Below are positions 12,764-24,744 of a stretch of 64,000 nt of DNA, one piece after another. Source of the stretch: Scyliorhinus canicula (taxonomy: Eukaryota). Below the pieces are notes generated by a model, which was not told the origin of the DNA, made no database searches, and was given only the letters and a program-made list of their open reading frames with translations. The stretch covers positions 11,420,018 through 11,484,017 of the forward strand of contig NC_052159.1 of NCBI RefSeq assembly GCF_902713615.1, read 5' to 3'. Position numbers and translations under genes: made by a program. The first letter of the stretch is position 1. Each line of letters begins with the position of its first letter.

Positions 12764-12965
12764 CTGATTCCTGTGGCACACCACCCGTCACATCCTGCCA
12801 ACCGGACAAGGACTGATTCCTGTGGCCCACCACCCGTCACATCCTGCCAACCGGACAAGGACTGATTCCTGTGGCCCACCACCCATCACATCCTGCCAAC
12901 CGGACAAGGACTGATTCCTGTGGCCCACCACCCATCACATCCTGCCAACCAGACAAGACTGATTC
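12764..12965. repeat. 49-bp tandem repeat, about 4 copies, inside an antisense CR1 RT fragment
   Basis: Unit ctgattcctgtggcccaccacccgtcacatcctgccaaccggacaagga starts at 12764, 12813, 12862 and 12911. Confidence 0.95.
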
Positions 12966-12989
12966 ATGCCTACTCTCTATTTCGTGTGA

Positions 12990-13610
12990 GCTGGCCAATC
13001 TTCAAACATTCTCTCCTGCCTCAGCTCCTCATCTGTTGCCGAAACCCTCAATCACGTCCTTGGTTCCTCTCAACTTATTTCAATGCTGTCCACCCTCGCC
13101 TCCTGTCACCCACTCTATGGATGTTCATCCGAAGCTCTTCTGTCTGTCTTCTGAGTCACACCAAATTCCGCTCCCCCATCACTCCTGTGATAACTGATCT
13201 ACATTGGCCCCCGGGTCTGCCAATGCCTCAGGTTTAACATTCCCATCCTTGTTTTGAAATTCCTCTGGCCTTGACCGCTCATTATCTCTGTAACCTTCCC
13301 GGCCCCACCACTCCCCAGATATCTACGCACTTCTAATTCTGTGCCTCCTCGATTTTAATGGCTCCCCGGCCTGTGGTTGTGCTTTCAGCTGCTTAGGCCC
13401 AAAGCTCTGGAACTCCCTCCCTAAACTTCTCTGCCTCTCTACCTCTGGTCAAGGCCAGAGGGATCTGCCCCTCTCTGCTCCTTTAGGACACTCCTTAAAA
13501 TCTACCTCCTTGACCAGTATCTTCTTACAGAGCTTGCTGTCTGATTTTGTTTTATGAAGTTATGAGGTACATTGGAATGTTTTGTTATTTTGACAGCGCT
13601 ATATAAATGC
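12990..13610 (+). mobile_element. L2-like LINE 3' remnant
   Basis: ctcagctcctcatctgttgccgaaaccctcaatc... and ctctggaactccctccctaaac segments typical of L2 tails. Degraded. Confidence 0.5.
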
Positions 13611-13899
13611 AAGCTGCAAACTGGAATACTATGTACAATTTTAGTCTCCACATTTCAGGAAGGCCATACTTACATTGGAGGCTGTACAGCAAAGCTTCAC
13701 TCGATTGGTTCCTGGCGTGTTCTAATGAAAGGCTGAGTAAATTGGGCCCACATTCTCTGGAGTTTAGAGAAGGAGAGGTGATTTCACTGAAACATTCGCG
13801 ATTCCCATGGGATTGAGAGGGTGGATACCGAGAGATTGGTCAGGGAATTGGAAACCTGGGAAACAGTCTCAGGATAATATTAAAATATTCATGCTGCTG

Positions 13900-14830
13900 T
13901 GCAGAGGGATCTGGCTGGCCGAGCGCATGAGTTGCAAAAATTTGGTTTACAGGTGCAACAGGTGATTAAGAAGGCGAATGGAGTTGTGTCCTGGGCAGCA
14001 CAGTAGTATAAGTGATTAGCACTGTGGCTTCACAGTGCCAGAGTCCCAGGTTCGATTCCCTGCTGGGTCACTGTTTGTGCAGGATCTGCACGTTCTCTCC
14101 GTGTCTGCGTGGGTTTCCTCCCACAGTCCAAGGACCTGCAGGTTAGGTGGATTGGCCATGATATATTGCCCTTAGTGACCAAAAAAGGTTCTGAGGGGTT
14201 ATTGGGTTACGGGAATAGGGTGGAAGGGCTTAAGTGGGTCAGTGCTGTCTTGATGGGCCGAATGGCCTCCTTCTGCACTATATGTTCTATGTTCATTGCT
14301 AGAGGGATGGAGTTTAAGACTAGGGGGGGTTATGCTTCAATTGAATAAGGTGTTAGTGAGGTCACACCTGGAGTATTGTGTTCAGTTTTGGTCTCCTTAC
14401 CTGAGAAATACTGCACTGGAGGGTATGCAGAGGAGATTCACTAGGTTAATCCCAGAGTTGAAGAGGTTGGATTACGAGGAGAGGTTGAGTAGACTGGGAC
14501 TGTACTCATTGGCATTTAGAAGGATGTGGGGGGATCTTGCAGAAACATATAAAATTATGAAGGGAATAGATAGAATAGATGCGGGCAGGTTGTTTCCACT
14601 GGTGGGTGAAAGCAGAACTAGGGGGCATAGCCTCAAAATAAAGGGAAGTAGATTTAGAACTGAGTTTAGGAGGAACTTCTTCACCCAAAGGGTTGTGAAT
14701 CTATGGAATTCCTTGCCCAGTGAAGCAGTTGAGGCTCCTTCATTAAATGTTTTCAAGGTAAAGATAGATAGTTTTTTGAAGAATAAAGGAATAAAGGGTT
14801 ATGGTGTTTGGGTGGGAAAGTGGAGCTGAG
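13900..14830 (+). mobile_element. CR1 LINE 3' fragment with a SINE inserted at about 13993-14295
   Basis: ORF 14296-14829: VRSHLEYCVQFWSP...QRRFTRLIP...RNFFTQRVVNLWNSLP. Confidence 0.9.
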
Positions 14831-15376
14831 TCCACAAAAGATCAGCCATGATCTCATTGAATGGCGGAGCAGGCTCGAGGGGCCAGATGGCCTACTCCTG
14901 CTCCTAATTCTTATGTTCTTATGATAAGTGGCCAACCATTTAGGACTGAGATGAGGAGGAGAAATTACTCCACTCAGAGGCGTGCAAACCTTTGAATTCC
15001 CCACCCCAGAAGCCTCCAGCATTTAAGATTGGGAGAGACAGATTTCCAGCCTCCCAGGGAATTAAGGGATATGGGGAGAGGGTGGGAAAGTGGAGTTGAA
15101 GCCTAAAATCAGCCATGACCGTAGGGAGCAGTGGAGTAGGCTCGATGAGCCTCATGGCCTACTCCTGCTCCGGTTTCTTATGCTATTTGTGTGAGGGCCA
15201 CGAGGAATCCAGAACGAGTTTGTAGTGTAAAACCGAAAGTAACTTTATTTACGACAATATTTACACAACACCAATAATTCACGAGTGCTCCTCTCTCTGG
15301 GCAGTACCCCACTGACCAGTTATATTTATGTGAAAGATTAATGGTTTCCCCACCCCAAAACATTGAGGGAGCTCAT

Positions 15377-16061
15377 GGGTGCGATTCTCCCAGCCCCGCG
15401 CCGGGCTGGTTAATCGCCACAACCGCGCCACGCCGCCCCGTCATCGGCGCCCGATTCTCCGAGGTGCGGAGAATCAGCGGCATTTGCGCCGGCGCGTTTG
15501 GCGCAGCGGCGGTCGCGGGCCGCTGCACGAGGCCGGGCCGCCGATTCTCCGGCCCGGATGGGCTGAGCGGCCACGTGGTAATGGCAGAGTCCCGCCAGCA
15601 CCGTTCACCCCTAGTTGCTGCCGGCGGGAACTCTGTGCGAAGGGTCAGGGGGCAGCCTGTGGGGCGGGGAAAAGTGCTCCTTCACCAGGGAGGGCCTCCG
15701 ATGGGGTCTGGCCCGCGATTGGGGCTCACCGATCGGCGGGCCGGCCTCGTCCCCCCCGGGTCTACATTCTTCTTCTTCCGGCCCCAGAACCCCCGCGCCA
15801 TGTTGCGTCGGAGCCGGAGCGTTGAGGAAGTCCCCCGTGCATGCGCGGGTTGGCGCGGCCCAACTGCACTTGCGTGGGTTGTCACGGCGCCCATTTGGCG
15901 CCGGGAAGGGAGGCTGGAGCGGTGTGAACCACTCCAGCGCCGTACTGGCCCCCTGTGGGGGACAGAATTAGTCGTCCCCGTGCCCGTTTCGCGCCATCGT
16001 GAAACGCGACGGCGTTCACGACGGCGCGAACACTTAGTCTCCATTTTGGAGAATCGCCCCC
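15377..16061. mobile_element. GC-rich Harbinger-type MITE
   Basis: TIRs GGGTGCGATTCTCC / GGAGAATCGCCCCC, TSD CAT (15374-15376, 16062-16064). Confidence 0.85.
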
Positions 16062-16224
16062 CATATTTCCTAAAATACAACATGGGGTAACCAAATGTCC
16101 CCAGACAGCAGGATCCCGGCATTTTATAACAGTTCTTAAATCAGATAATAAATGCAAGAGCAACATGCGAATGCTTGACAATGCTGCGAATTATTGCAAT
16201 AATAATTTATTTTAAATTACTTAC

Positions 16225-16337
16225 ACCAAGTACGGCCATCGTTATAGTGACAACTAGACTATAGATTAAAATGGCTAGAGAAACAATGCTTTCCCATGTC
16301 TGTTTGGAGGCCTTCGATGTCTCGCATGTATTTGACT
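16225..16337 (-). CDS. CD28/CTLA-4-family receptor, stalk plus transmembrane exon
   Basis: Acceptor aatttattttcAG, donor GTAAGT, 113 bp, phase 1->0. Reads (E)SNTCETSKASKQTWESIVSLAILIYSLVVTITMAVLG: stalk Cys plus the YSxxxT TM dimerisation motif (CD28 YSLLVT, CTLA-4 YSFLLT). Confidence 0.9.
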
Positions 16338-16905
16338 CTGAAAATAAATTGTGAGAGATTTTAGCAGCGGAAAATGCCATCAGGCCCAACACGCCTGCCT
16401 TTCCAATCGACAATCCTTCCAAACCCAGGCTTCTATCCCAGAAGAATGGGACAATAGTTGCAATGGGAACAAGTTACCCTCCAAGTCAAACAATATCCTG
16501 TCTTCGAAACGTATACCGTTCCTTCACTGTCGCTGAATTAAAGTTCTGGAACTCCCTCCCTAACAGCACTGCTGATGTGCCTACATCGCATGTACTGCAG
16601 CGTTTCAAGGAGGCAACTCACCACTGCCTACTTTGGGTAATTAGGAATGGGTAATATGGCCTTACCAGTGACACTTACATCCCAAGAATTAATTTAAAAA
16701 AACATCTATCCTCCTCCTGACTATTCCCCTCAATTGTCTCCACTGAGGAGTGGGTAATAAGGTAACAGGAGGACTGGAGAACAGCTCATGTGGCTCCGCT
16801 ATTTAAGAAGGGTTGTAGAAATAAGCCAGGGAATTACAGACCAGTGAGATTCACGTCAGTGGCAGGGATATGATTGGAAAAAATTCTGAAGGAGACAATC
16901 TATAC

Positions 16906-17212
16906 GGGCAGCACAGTGGTTAGCACTGTTGCTTCATAGCTCCAGGGTCCCAGGTTCGATTCCCGGCTTGGGTTACTGTCTGTGCGGAGTCTGCACGTTC
17001 TCCCCGTGTCAGCGTGGGTTTCGTACAGGTGCCCCGGTTTCCTCCCACAAGTCCCGAAAGACGTGCTGTTAAGTGACCTGGACATTCTGAATTCTCCCTC
17101 TGTGTACCCGAACAGGCGCCGGAATGTGGTGACTCGGTGCTTTTCACAGTAACTTCATTGCAGTGTTAATGTAAGCCTACTTGTGACAATAAAGATTGTT
17201 ATTATTATATTA
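16906..17212 (+). mobile_element. HE1-type SINE
   Basis: Recurring SINE head and core. Confidence 0.85.
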
Positions 17213-17318
17213 TCTCCACTTGGAGAGGCAAGGTTTGATCAGGGATAGTCATCATGGCTTTGTCAGAGGCAGGTCTTGCTGAACAAATTTGATTGACTTT
17301 TTTTGAGGAAGTGATCAG

Positions 17319-17978
17319 GGGCGAAATTCTCCGACCCCCAGCAGGGTCGGAGAATCGCCTGGGGCCGCCGAAAATCCCGCCCCCGCCTTGGCAGAGATTC
17401 TCCGCCACCCGGGAATTGGCGGGGGTGGGAATCACGCCACTCCGATCGGCGATGTCCCTGCGGTGATTCTCCGGCCCGGATGGGCCGAAGTCCCGCCGCT
17501 GGGAGGCCTCTCCCACCGCCGAGGTTTGAACCACCTCTGGTGGCGGCGGCGCGAGCGGGCCCCCGGGATCCTGGGGGGGCCACGGTGGCCTGGCCCGCGA
17601 TCGGGGCCCCCCGCTCAGACTCCGGGCCAGTGCCCTGGGTGCACTCTTTCTCCTCCGCGGCCGCCACGGCCTCCGCCATGGCGGAAGCGGAAGAGAAACC
17701 CACATCGCGCATGTGCTGGTGGTGACGTCAGCGGCCAGCTGGCTGCTGATGTCACCGCCGGCGCATGTGCCGACCGGCGAAAGCCTTTCGGCCAGCCCCG
17801 CTGCCGGGGGCGCCGGTTTTTTGTGCCGGTCTTCTGGTGCCAACCGCTCTGGCGCTGGGCTGGCCCCCAAAGGTGGGGAGAATTCCCCACCTTTGGGGAG
17901 GCCCGACCCCGGAATGGTTGGCGCCACTCCCCGAACGCTGGGACCCCCCGTCACGCCGGGTAGGGGAGAATCCCGCCC
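17319..17978. mobile_element. GC-rich Harbinger-type MITE
   Basis: TIRs GGGCGAAATTCTCC / GGAGAATCCCGCCC, TSD CAG (17316-17318, 17979-17981). Confidence 0.85.
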
Positions 17979-17989
17979 CAGGTGTGTAG

Positions 17990-19130
17990 ATTAGGGTTGT
18001 GAAGCCAATGTAGTTTATAAGGATTTCAGCAAAACCTTTGACAAGGTCCCACTTATAAAGAAGAAAGCACATGGGATACAGGGTAACTTGATAAGGTGGA
18101 TTCAAAATTGGCCTTGTTGTAGGAGAGAGAAGGTGGTGGCAGTCGGCTGCTTTAGTGACTGGAAGCCAGTGTCCAGCAGGGATCTGTGTTGGGCCCCCTA
18201 TTATTCATCATTTATATAAACAACATAGATGACTAAGTGGGGGATAGGATCAGAAAGTTTGCGGATGTTACAAAGATAGGCCGGGTGGTTAACAGTGAGA
18301 TTGAGTGTCTTGGGTAACAGGAAGATATAGACGGGATGGTCAAATGGGCGGATAAGAGGCAGATGGAATTTATCCCTGAAAAGTGTGAGGTGATACACAT
18401 CGGACAAAGAAATTTGGCAAGGAAGTATTCAATGAACGACCTGACACTAGAAAGTTCTGAGGAACAAAGGGACCTTGGCGTGTTTGTCCATAGATCTCTG
18501 AAGGCGGGAGGACATGTTAATAGGGCGGTGAAAACGGCACATGAGACACTTGCCTTTAATAATCGAAACATAGTTTACAAAAGCAGGGAGATCAAGTTGA
18601 GACTGTACAGAACTTTGGTGAGGTGAACTGGATGGAGTACTGTGTGCAATTCTGATCGCCACATTATAGGAAAGATGTGATTGCTCTGGAGATTCACCAG
18701 GATGTTGCCTGGGATGGAACATTTAAGTTATGAAGAGAGGTTGGATAGGCTTGGGTTGTTTTCTCTGGAGCAGAGAAGACTGAGGGGTGACTTGATCGAG
18801 GTGGACAGGATTAGGAGAGACATGGACAGGGTGGATAGGGGAGCAGCTGTTCCCCTTTGTTGAAGGGTCAGTCACGAGGGGACGCAGGTTCACGATGAGG
18901 GGCAGGAGATTTAGGGGGGAAGTGAAGGACCTTTTCTAACTCAGAGGTCTGGAATGCACTGTCTGGGAGGGTGGTAGAGGCGGGTTGCCTGACATCCTTT
19001 AAAAATTACCTGGATGAGCACTAGGCACAACATTCAAGGCTATGGGCCAAGTGCTGGTAAATGGGATAGGTAGGCATTTTTCATGTGTCTGTGAAGGGCC
19101 GAAGGGCCTCTTCTGCACTGTGTGATTCTG
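17990..19130 (+). mobile_element. Decayed CR1 LINE ORF2 fragment
   Basis: WADKRQMEFIPEKCEVIHIG...EQRDLGVFVH, and [25 protein letters not shown] in shifted frames. Confidence 0.85.
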
Positions 19131-19217
19131 ATAACTGATGAGACGTTAATTCCCCTTCTCTATCACAGACCTGCTGAGTATTTCTAGCATTATCGATCTT
19201 TGTTGATGATTTCTAGC

Positions 19218-19561
19218 ATAGAACATAGAACAGTACAGCACAGAACAGGCCCTTCGGCCCTCAATGTTGTGCCGAGCCATGATCACCCTACTCAAACCCA
19301 CGTATCCACCCTATACCCGTAACCCAATAACCCCCCCTTAACCTTACTTTTATTAGGACACTACGGGCAATTTAGCATGGCCAATCCACCTAACCCGCAC
19401 ATCTTTGGACTGTGGGAGGAAACCGGAGCACCCGGAGGAAACCCACGCACACAGGGGGAGGACGTGCAGACTCCACACAGACAGTGACCCAGCCGGGAAT
19501 CGAACCTGGGACCCTGGAGCTGTGAAGCATTTATGCTAACCACCATGCTACCCTGCTGCCC
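19218..19561 (-). mobile_element. Young HE1-type SINE with (ATGTTCT)n CR1-like tail
   Basis: Near-identical inverted copy of 26806-27155. Confidence 0.9.
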
Positions 19562-20250
19562 CAATCTGCATCTGCAGCTTTTTGCTCTTGACCTTTTTAA
19601 CCTGTCCACTTCAACAGCTGACCTCAGTCGGCTGGACAGCTGGTTCGTGATGCAGAGCGAGGCCAGCAGCGCGGGTTCAATTCCCGTTCTGGCTGAGGTT
19701 ATTCATGAAGGCTCCGCCTTCTCAACCTTGCCCCTCGCCTGAGGTGTGGTGACCCTCAGGTTAAACCGTCACCAGTCAGCTCTCCCCCCTCAAAGGGGAA
19801 AGCGGCCTATGATCATCTGGGACTGTGGCGACTTAACATACTGGAGAATCGGAGTTGCAACATCTATTCAGTTGGATTACCCTGCGGTCCCCTCTACAAG
19901 AGAGAGGCTCGATTTCCTGAATCCTTCCTTTGCAAGTTAATTTTTTGTTACGCACAAGAGATCTTTTTATATGTTACACGGTGGGACGGTTAAAGGGTGG
20001 AGCTGGCGCCATCACGTGTTTCCCACATTTTCTTTCCTCAGTTCTTTAGCCTTGGTCTCATCAATCCAAAGACCATCCCATCTGTCAGACCAGTTCATCA
20101 AGATCTCTGTTGGTAACATCCGCTTCTGCCAAATTCTCACTTGTCCATCACCCAACTAAATAGCACCGAAAATTTATCCAACATAAAATGTGCATTGAGC
20201 AAGCCCACAAAAGGAAGCCATTAAGAGACAACTGTGTCTGTTTTACTCAC

Positions 20251-20613
20251 CGTGCACAGTTAATTTAGTTCCTTCTCCGTAATCATTAACGTGAGGAGGA
20301 GGGAGGGAGATTGATACTTCGCATATGTAGACTGCAGCGTCGCTCATTGTCAGGTTGTTTATGACCAGGAGGTTATAGAATTTGGAGATATTGCCAGAAA
20401 CATATAGGCGGCCATCTTGAGTGGCTAGGGACTCAGAGTCTTTCGAGAAGGTCAGGATTGGAAGATCCAGCTCCTCTCCTTTGTACCAGTACATGTCCGT
20501 GTGGCCGGGGGCTCTCTTGTGGTCGTGCGCCTCGCAAGCGATCGTGGCCGTCATTCCAACTGACGCGGTGATTTCCCTCGGATGCTGTGACACCCTAATT
20601 TGGCTTTCATGAC
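20251..20613 (-). CDS. CD28/CTLA-4-family receptor, germline VJ-type IgV exon
   Basis: Acceptor ttttcgctcccttcacctttcactcAG, donor G|GTGAGT, 363 bp, phase 1->1. Reads HESQIRVSQHPREITASVGMTATIAC...MYWYK...GRL...LLVINNLTMSDAAVYICEVSISLPPPHVNDYGEGTKLTVH: canonical Cys-Trp-Cys, DxxxYxC, PPP loop, GxGTxLxV strand, two N-glycosylation sequons. Confidence 0.95.
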
Positions 20614-21983
20614 CTGAGTGAAAGGTGAAGGGAGCGAAAAGGAACTTTCAGTTTTTTTCAATTTACTGCGTTCAACAGCAACTGATGGACAGATGATCAA
20701 TGCCTGCCTTCATTTACAAACATAGTCTTAAAGAGCAAAAGTAGATCTAGCCTTTATGTCGCACCTTTAGGCACCTCTCAATTTGATTTACAATGAAGTA
20801 CTTTCTGAAATGTCTTCATTGCTGTGACACTTTGCACAGACAACCCTCCCTCGAACAGCAATGTGACAATGTGAGAATCTGATTTAGCTCCAGAACGAGG
20901 AGTCAAACAGTTTAAAAATAAGTAAGCGCCCATTTCGGACAAGGATGAGGACAATTCTTTTCACTCAGAGAATCGTGAGACTTGAAAACAGAAAATAGGG
21001 CATGAGAGGGCCTTTCGGCCTTCGAGCCTGATCTGCCATTTAGTATGATCATGGCTGACCCTCTATTTCAATGCCTCACTCCCACTCCGTCCCCATACCC
21101 CTCGACACCTTCAGGGTCCAGAAATCTATCTCTTTCTTTCTTAAATACATTCAATGACCTGGCCTCCACAGCCTTCTGTGGTCGAGAATTCCACAGGCTC
21201 ACTACCCGCTGAATGAAGAGGTTTCGCTTCACCTCAGTCCTACCCTGTATCCTGAGACTGTGACCATTTGTTCGAGTCTCGGGAACTCTCCTCCTCAAAC
21301 GACGATGGAAGCAGTCTTTGAATATTTTGAAAGCAGAGCTCGATAGATTCTTGATTAACAAGGGGGTGAAAGGTTATTGGGAGGAGCGGGGGGGGGGGGG
21401 GGGGGGGAGGGGTAGGGCAGGAATGTGGGGTGAGCTCACAATCAAATCAGCCGTGACCTTATTGAATGGTGGAGCAGGCTCGAGGGGCCGAGTGGCCGAC
21501 TCCCGTTCCTAATTCATGGCCGTAACCTCCAGGTGTCATATCTGGGTGGCGGTGGGAGGGTGGGAGAGAGAGGGGTGGGCATACCCCAAAGATGCGCTGG
21601 AAACTGCACCCCCACACCCCAGACATTACTAGATTGGCCATGCCAAATCGCCCTTAGTGTCTAAAATTGCCCTTAGTGTTGGATGGGGTTACGGGGTTAG
21701 GGTGGAGGTGTGGGCTTGGATAGGGTGCTCTTTCCAAGAGCCGGTGCAGACTCAATGGGCCGAATGGCCTCCTTCTGCGCTGTAAATTCTATGATTCTAT
21801 GATTCTAGATAGGGAAGGCAGTCTGGAAAGTGAAGATCTTCCCTGGATAATTGCTCTGCACTAGGGACCATCCAAATATTGGGACCTAAATCGCAAACTT
21901 TGGATTGTTCTGACTGGCTTTCATCAATAGTTACTCAGTAAAAGTTAAAACCTTTTCTAGATTCTGGATAGCTAACTGGGTAG

Positions 21984-22289
21984 TGTTGGAACCAACAATT
22001 CTACGGACACGTGCTTGTAGGATTAGAATAGCGGTTTTAATATACTCACAACAGAGCCAGCCGGTTAGCCATTGAACTTTTGGTGAACTGGACGGCTGAC
22101 CATGTGGCACTGATCTTTATACAGCAGCTCCAGGGGGAGGAGTCCTGGGCGGAACCAAGGGAGAAGCCCAGTACAATTCTTGAGCATTCCCAGAGCTACT
22201 CCCCCTGATGGTCAGGTAGTGCAATTGCACTTACAATATAGACACATGTATATACAGATTATAATCCGGTGTGAATCACATTCACCACA
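21984..22289 (-). mobile_element. Gypsy-type solo LTR
   Basis: TG...CA ends, perfect 5-bp TSD GGTAG (21979-21983, 22290-22294), and a cattcaccaca terminus like the gypsy LTRs. Confidence 0.85.
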
Positions 22290-24423
22290 GGTAGCACTGA
22301 CCCCTACCTCGCAGGAATCTCCTCACACCCCCCCCCCCAAACTCCCACATGTGTCCCCCCCACCATCCCTGATTACTCCCCCCATTGGGACCCCCGTCAC
22401 CCTCCCACTACCAGACCTCCCAAACCTCCAACTGCCTCCCCAAAGCCTGGCCCGACACTTCTCCACAAATCCCAATCCTACCCACTCCCCATATCCAAGG
22501 CCTGACCCGACTTGACTGGACCACCCAGCCCCCCCCCCCCCCCCTCCCTCCCACCCCCTCGCCAAGAACTGACCCAACCGGAGCCCCTCTCTCAGGGCCT
22601 GAATCAACCCAACATGACCCCTGCCCCCAACAAGACCCAACCCGACCCGGCCCCCTGCAAATCCCACCCACTCACCTTACAAACTAACCTTCTTAATGGC
22701 AGCTAGCGACATCAAAGAGGCGGAGTGGCTTATTTACCTGCGACTCCACCGCCCTTGATGCTAGGCCCCGGGGTCAGGCTGCACTGCTCAGCTGTCACTC
22801 GGCCTGAGTCAGAAGGCCGGTTAGGATAGGATCAGCTGGATCAGGGAAGAACATTCTGACTCAATTGCCGTTCCATTGGAAGATAAGGCCACATTTGTTC
22901 ATGTATTTAGCAACGGGGCTAAGTGGACACTCGGGCAACTCCCCCTGATCCCCTTCAAGGGAGTGCAATGTGATCTTTTGCATCCATCCTTTGAGGTTTA
23001 ATGTCTCATCAAAAGATGGCACCTCCAACAGTGCCGCACGCCCTCAATTCAGTGCTGGGGAAGTCAGCCTTGGTTGTGTGCTCAAACGCACAAGCAGCTA
23101 ATAATTAGAACTAAAGTGGGCTATACCTCTAAAGCGAAAGATTAATTAAAGGTTCATCCTTAAAGGGGAACTTCCGGTGACGTTATGTGAAAGCAAGACG
23201 TATGGAAGGTGGCTCCTGGCAGGGTCTTTGCCTTTGATCCCTTTAACCCGTTTTTTTCAAGGGATTTGATGTCAAAACTCATTTAGTGGATGACGGAGGC
23301 ATGTCGAAGGCATCGACGAAGAAGCCCAATGTAAAGAAAGCCCACGATGGTAGCCCGTCAAAAGCGCATGAAGGAGGGAAGATGGCTGCCGCCCCCATTT
23401 CATTAGACACCCTGGCTGTAGTGATGGCTGTAGGAGCTGGAGAAATTCGGCAAGCTGATGGACAAGGCAGTTTGAGTAGCAGGGCAAGGAAGTAAAGGAT
23501 TTGTTTCAAGTCACTGTCGAGGAGGCACTAGGCCCGATCGTAAACAGCTAGAAAAGACCTCGGATATCCCTGAATGTACAAGGTGAGACATTGGACAGTG
23601 TGGAGGAGGCCTTGTCGCAGCCCCAGGAGCGTTTTGCCTCGCTGGAGGCGGGGTTGTTACTCGTGGCGGATGGCAATAAGGGTCTGAGGCTGAAAGATCT
23701 TGAAAACAGATCGAGGCAGTTGAACCTCAGGATGGTGGGGCTGCTGGAGGGAGTGGAGGGCTCGAAGCCCACCCAGTACTTCCCGGAGATGTTTTCTCGG
23801 CTGGTGGGAGGGGATGAGATGTTCGCCCCTCCGGATTTGGATGGAGCACACCGGGGGCATCGACAGAAGCCACGGCCAAACGAGCTGCGGCCTGCGGTAA
23901 TTATCCACTTTCACAACTAGCAGAGGAAGGGTCTTGGAGTGGGAGAAAACGCGCCGCAAGATTGACTGGGATGGGCACACGGTGCGAATATACCAGGACA
24001 TTGGGACTAATCTGGTGAAGAGGCGTGTGGCCTTCAACAAGGCAAAGGCTGTGTTTTATAGTAAAGGGTCCGTTTGGGGCGTGCCTGGGGGCCACAATGG
24101 ATTGAAAGAATTACTTCTTCAACACAGAGAGACCTTCTTCAGAGAGGGGAAGCTGGGACAAGTCTGAAGAGGACTGTTGGGGACTTTGTGGGGTGTTTGC
24201 ACAGTGTACTTATGCCTCTTTTTGTTATATTCTTGTTTCCTTGAAGGCTGGAGCTGTTAGAAGACGAGGACGGACACGTTTCTTGGAGGGGAGGGAAGCT
24301 TGTTAGTTTGGGGTTGGCCATTTTGGTGGGGGAGGGGGGATTAGGTGGTTGTCATTTCTTTTAGGGCGGTATTGGAAGGGCCCCTGGGTGGGGGTCACCT
24401 CACTAGTAGGAAGGGCCAGAGGT

Positions 24424-24718
24424 TGTGGTGATGTGCCTATGGACTATATCACAGTAGGATGCTGTGCGACCTCCAACCAGCAGGTGGTGGTACAAACACA
24501 CCATGCGGTCTCCAGAGCAAGGTCATATGACCTGAGGCCCTGATATAAAGGGAGACGCATCTGACCATCTTGAGAACAAGATTAAGAGGGTAATAAGGGT
24601 AATCAGTGCTCGGCATAAGTTCCAGAGGAGTAGCAAGACTCCATGATAACGTGCTCTGTATCAGATTGCCATCTCACCCCACGAGACACAATAAACAGAT
24701 CCTGATTTGGACACATCA
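24424..24718 (+). mobile_element. Gypsy-type solo LTR inside the L1
   Basis: TGTGGTG...ACATCA ends, internal TATAAA and AATAAA. TSD imperfect. Confidence 0.6.
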
Positions 24719-24744
24719 ATGTCTTTGTGGGGTGTTTGCACCTG

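Noticed and set aside
15341-17994. Long GC-rich ORFs (249, 191 aa etc.), likewise at 60655-62660
   Set aside because: They lie within Harbinger-type MITEs. High GC depletes stop codons on both strands, and there are no domain motifs.
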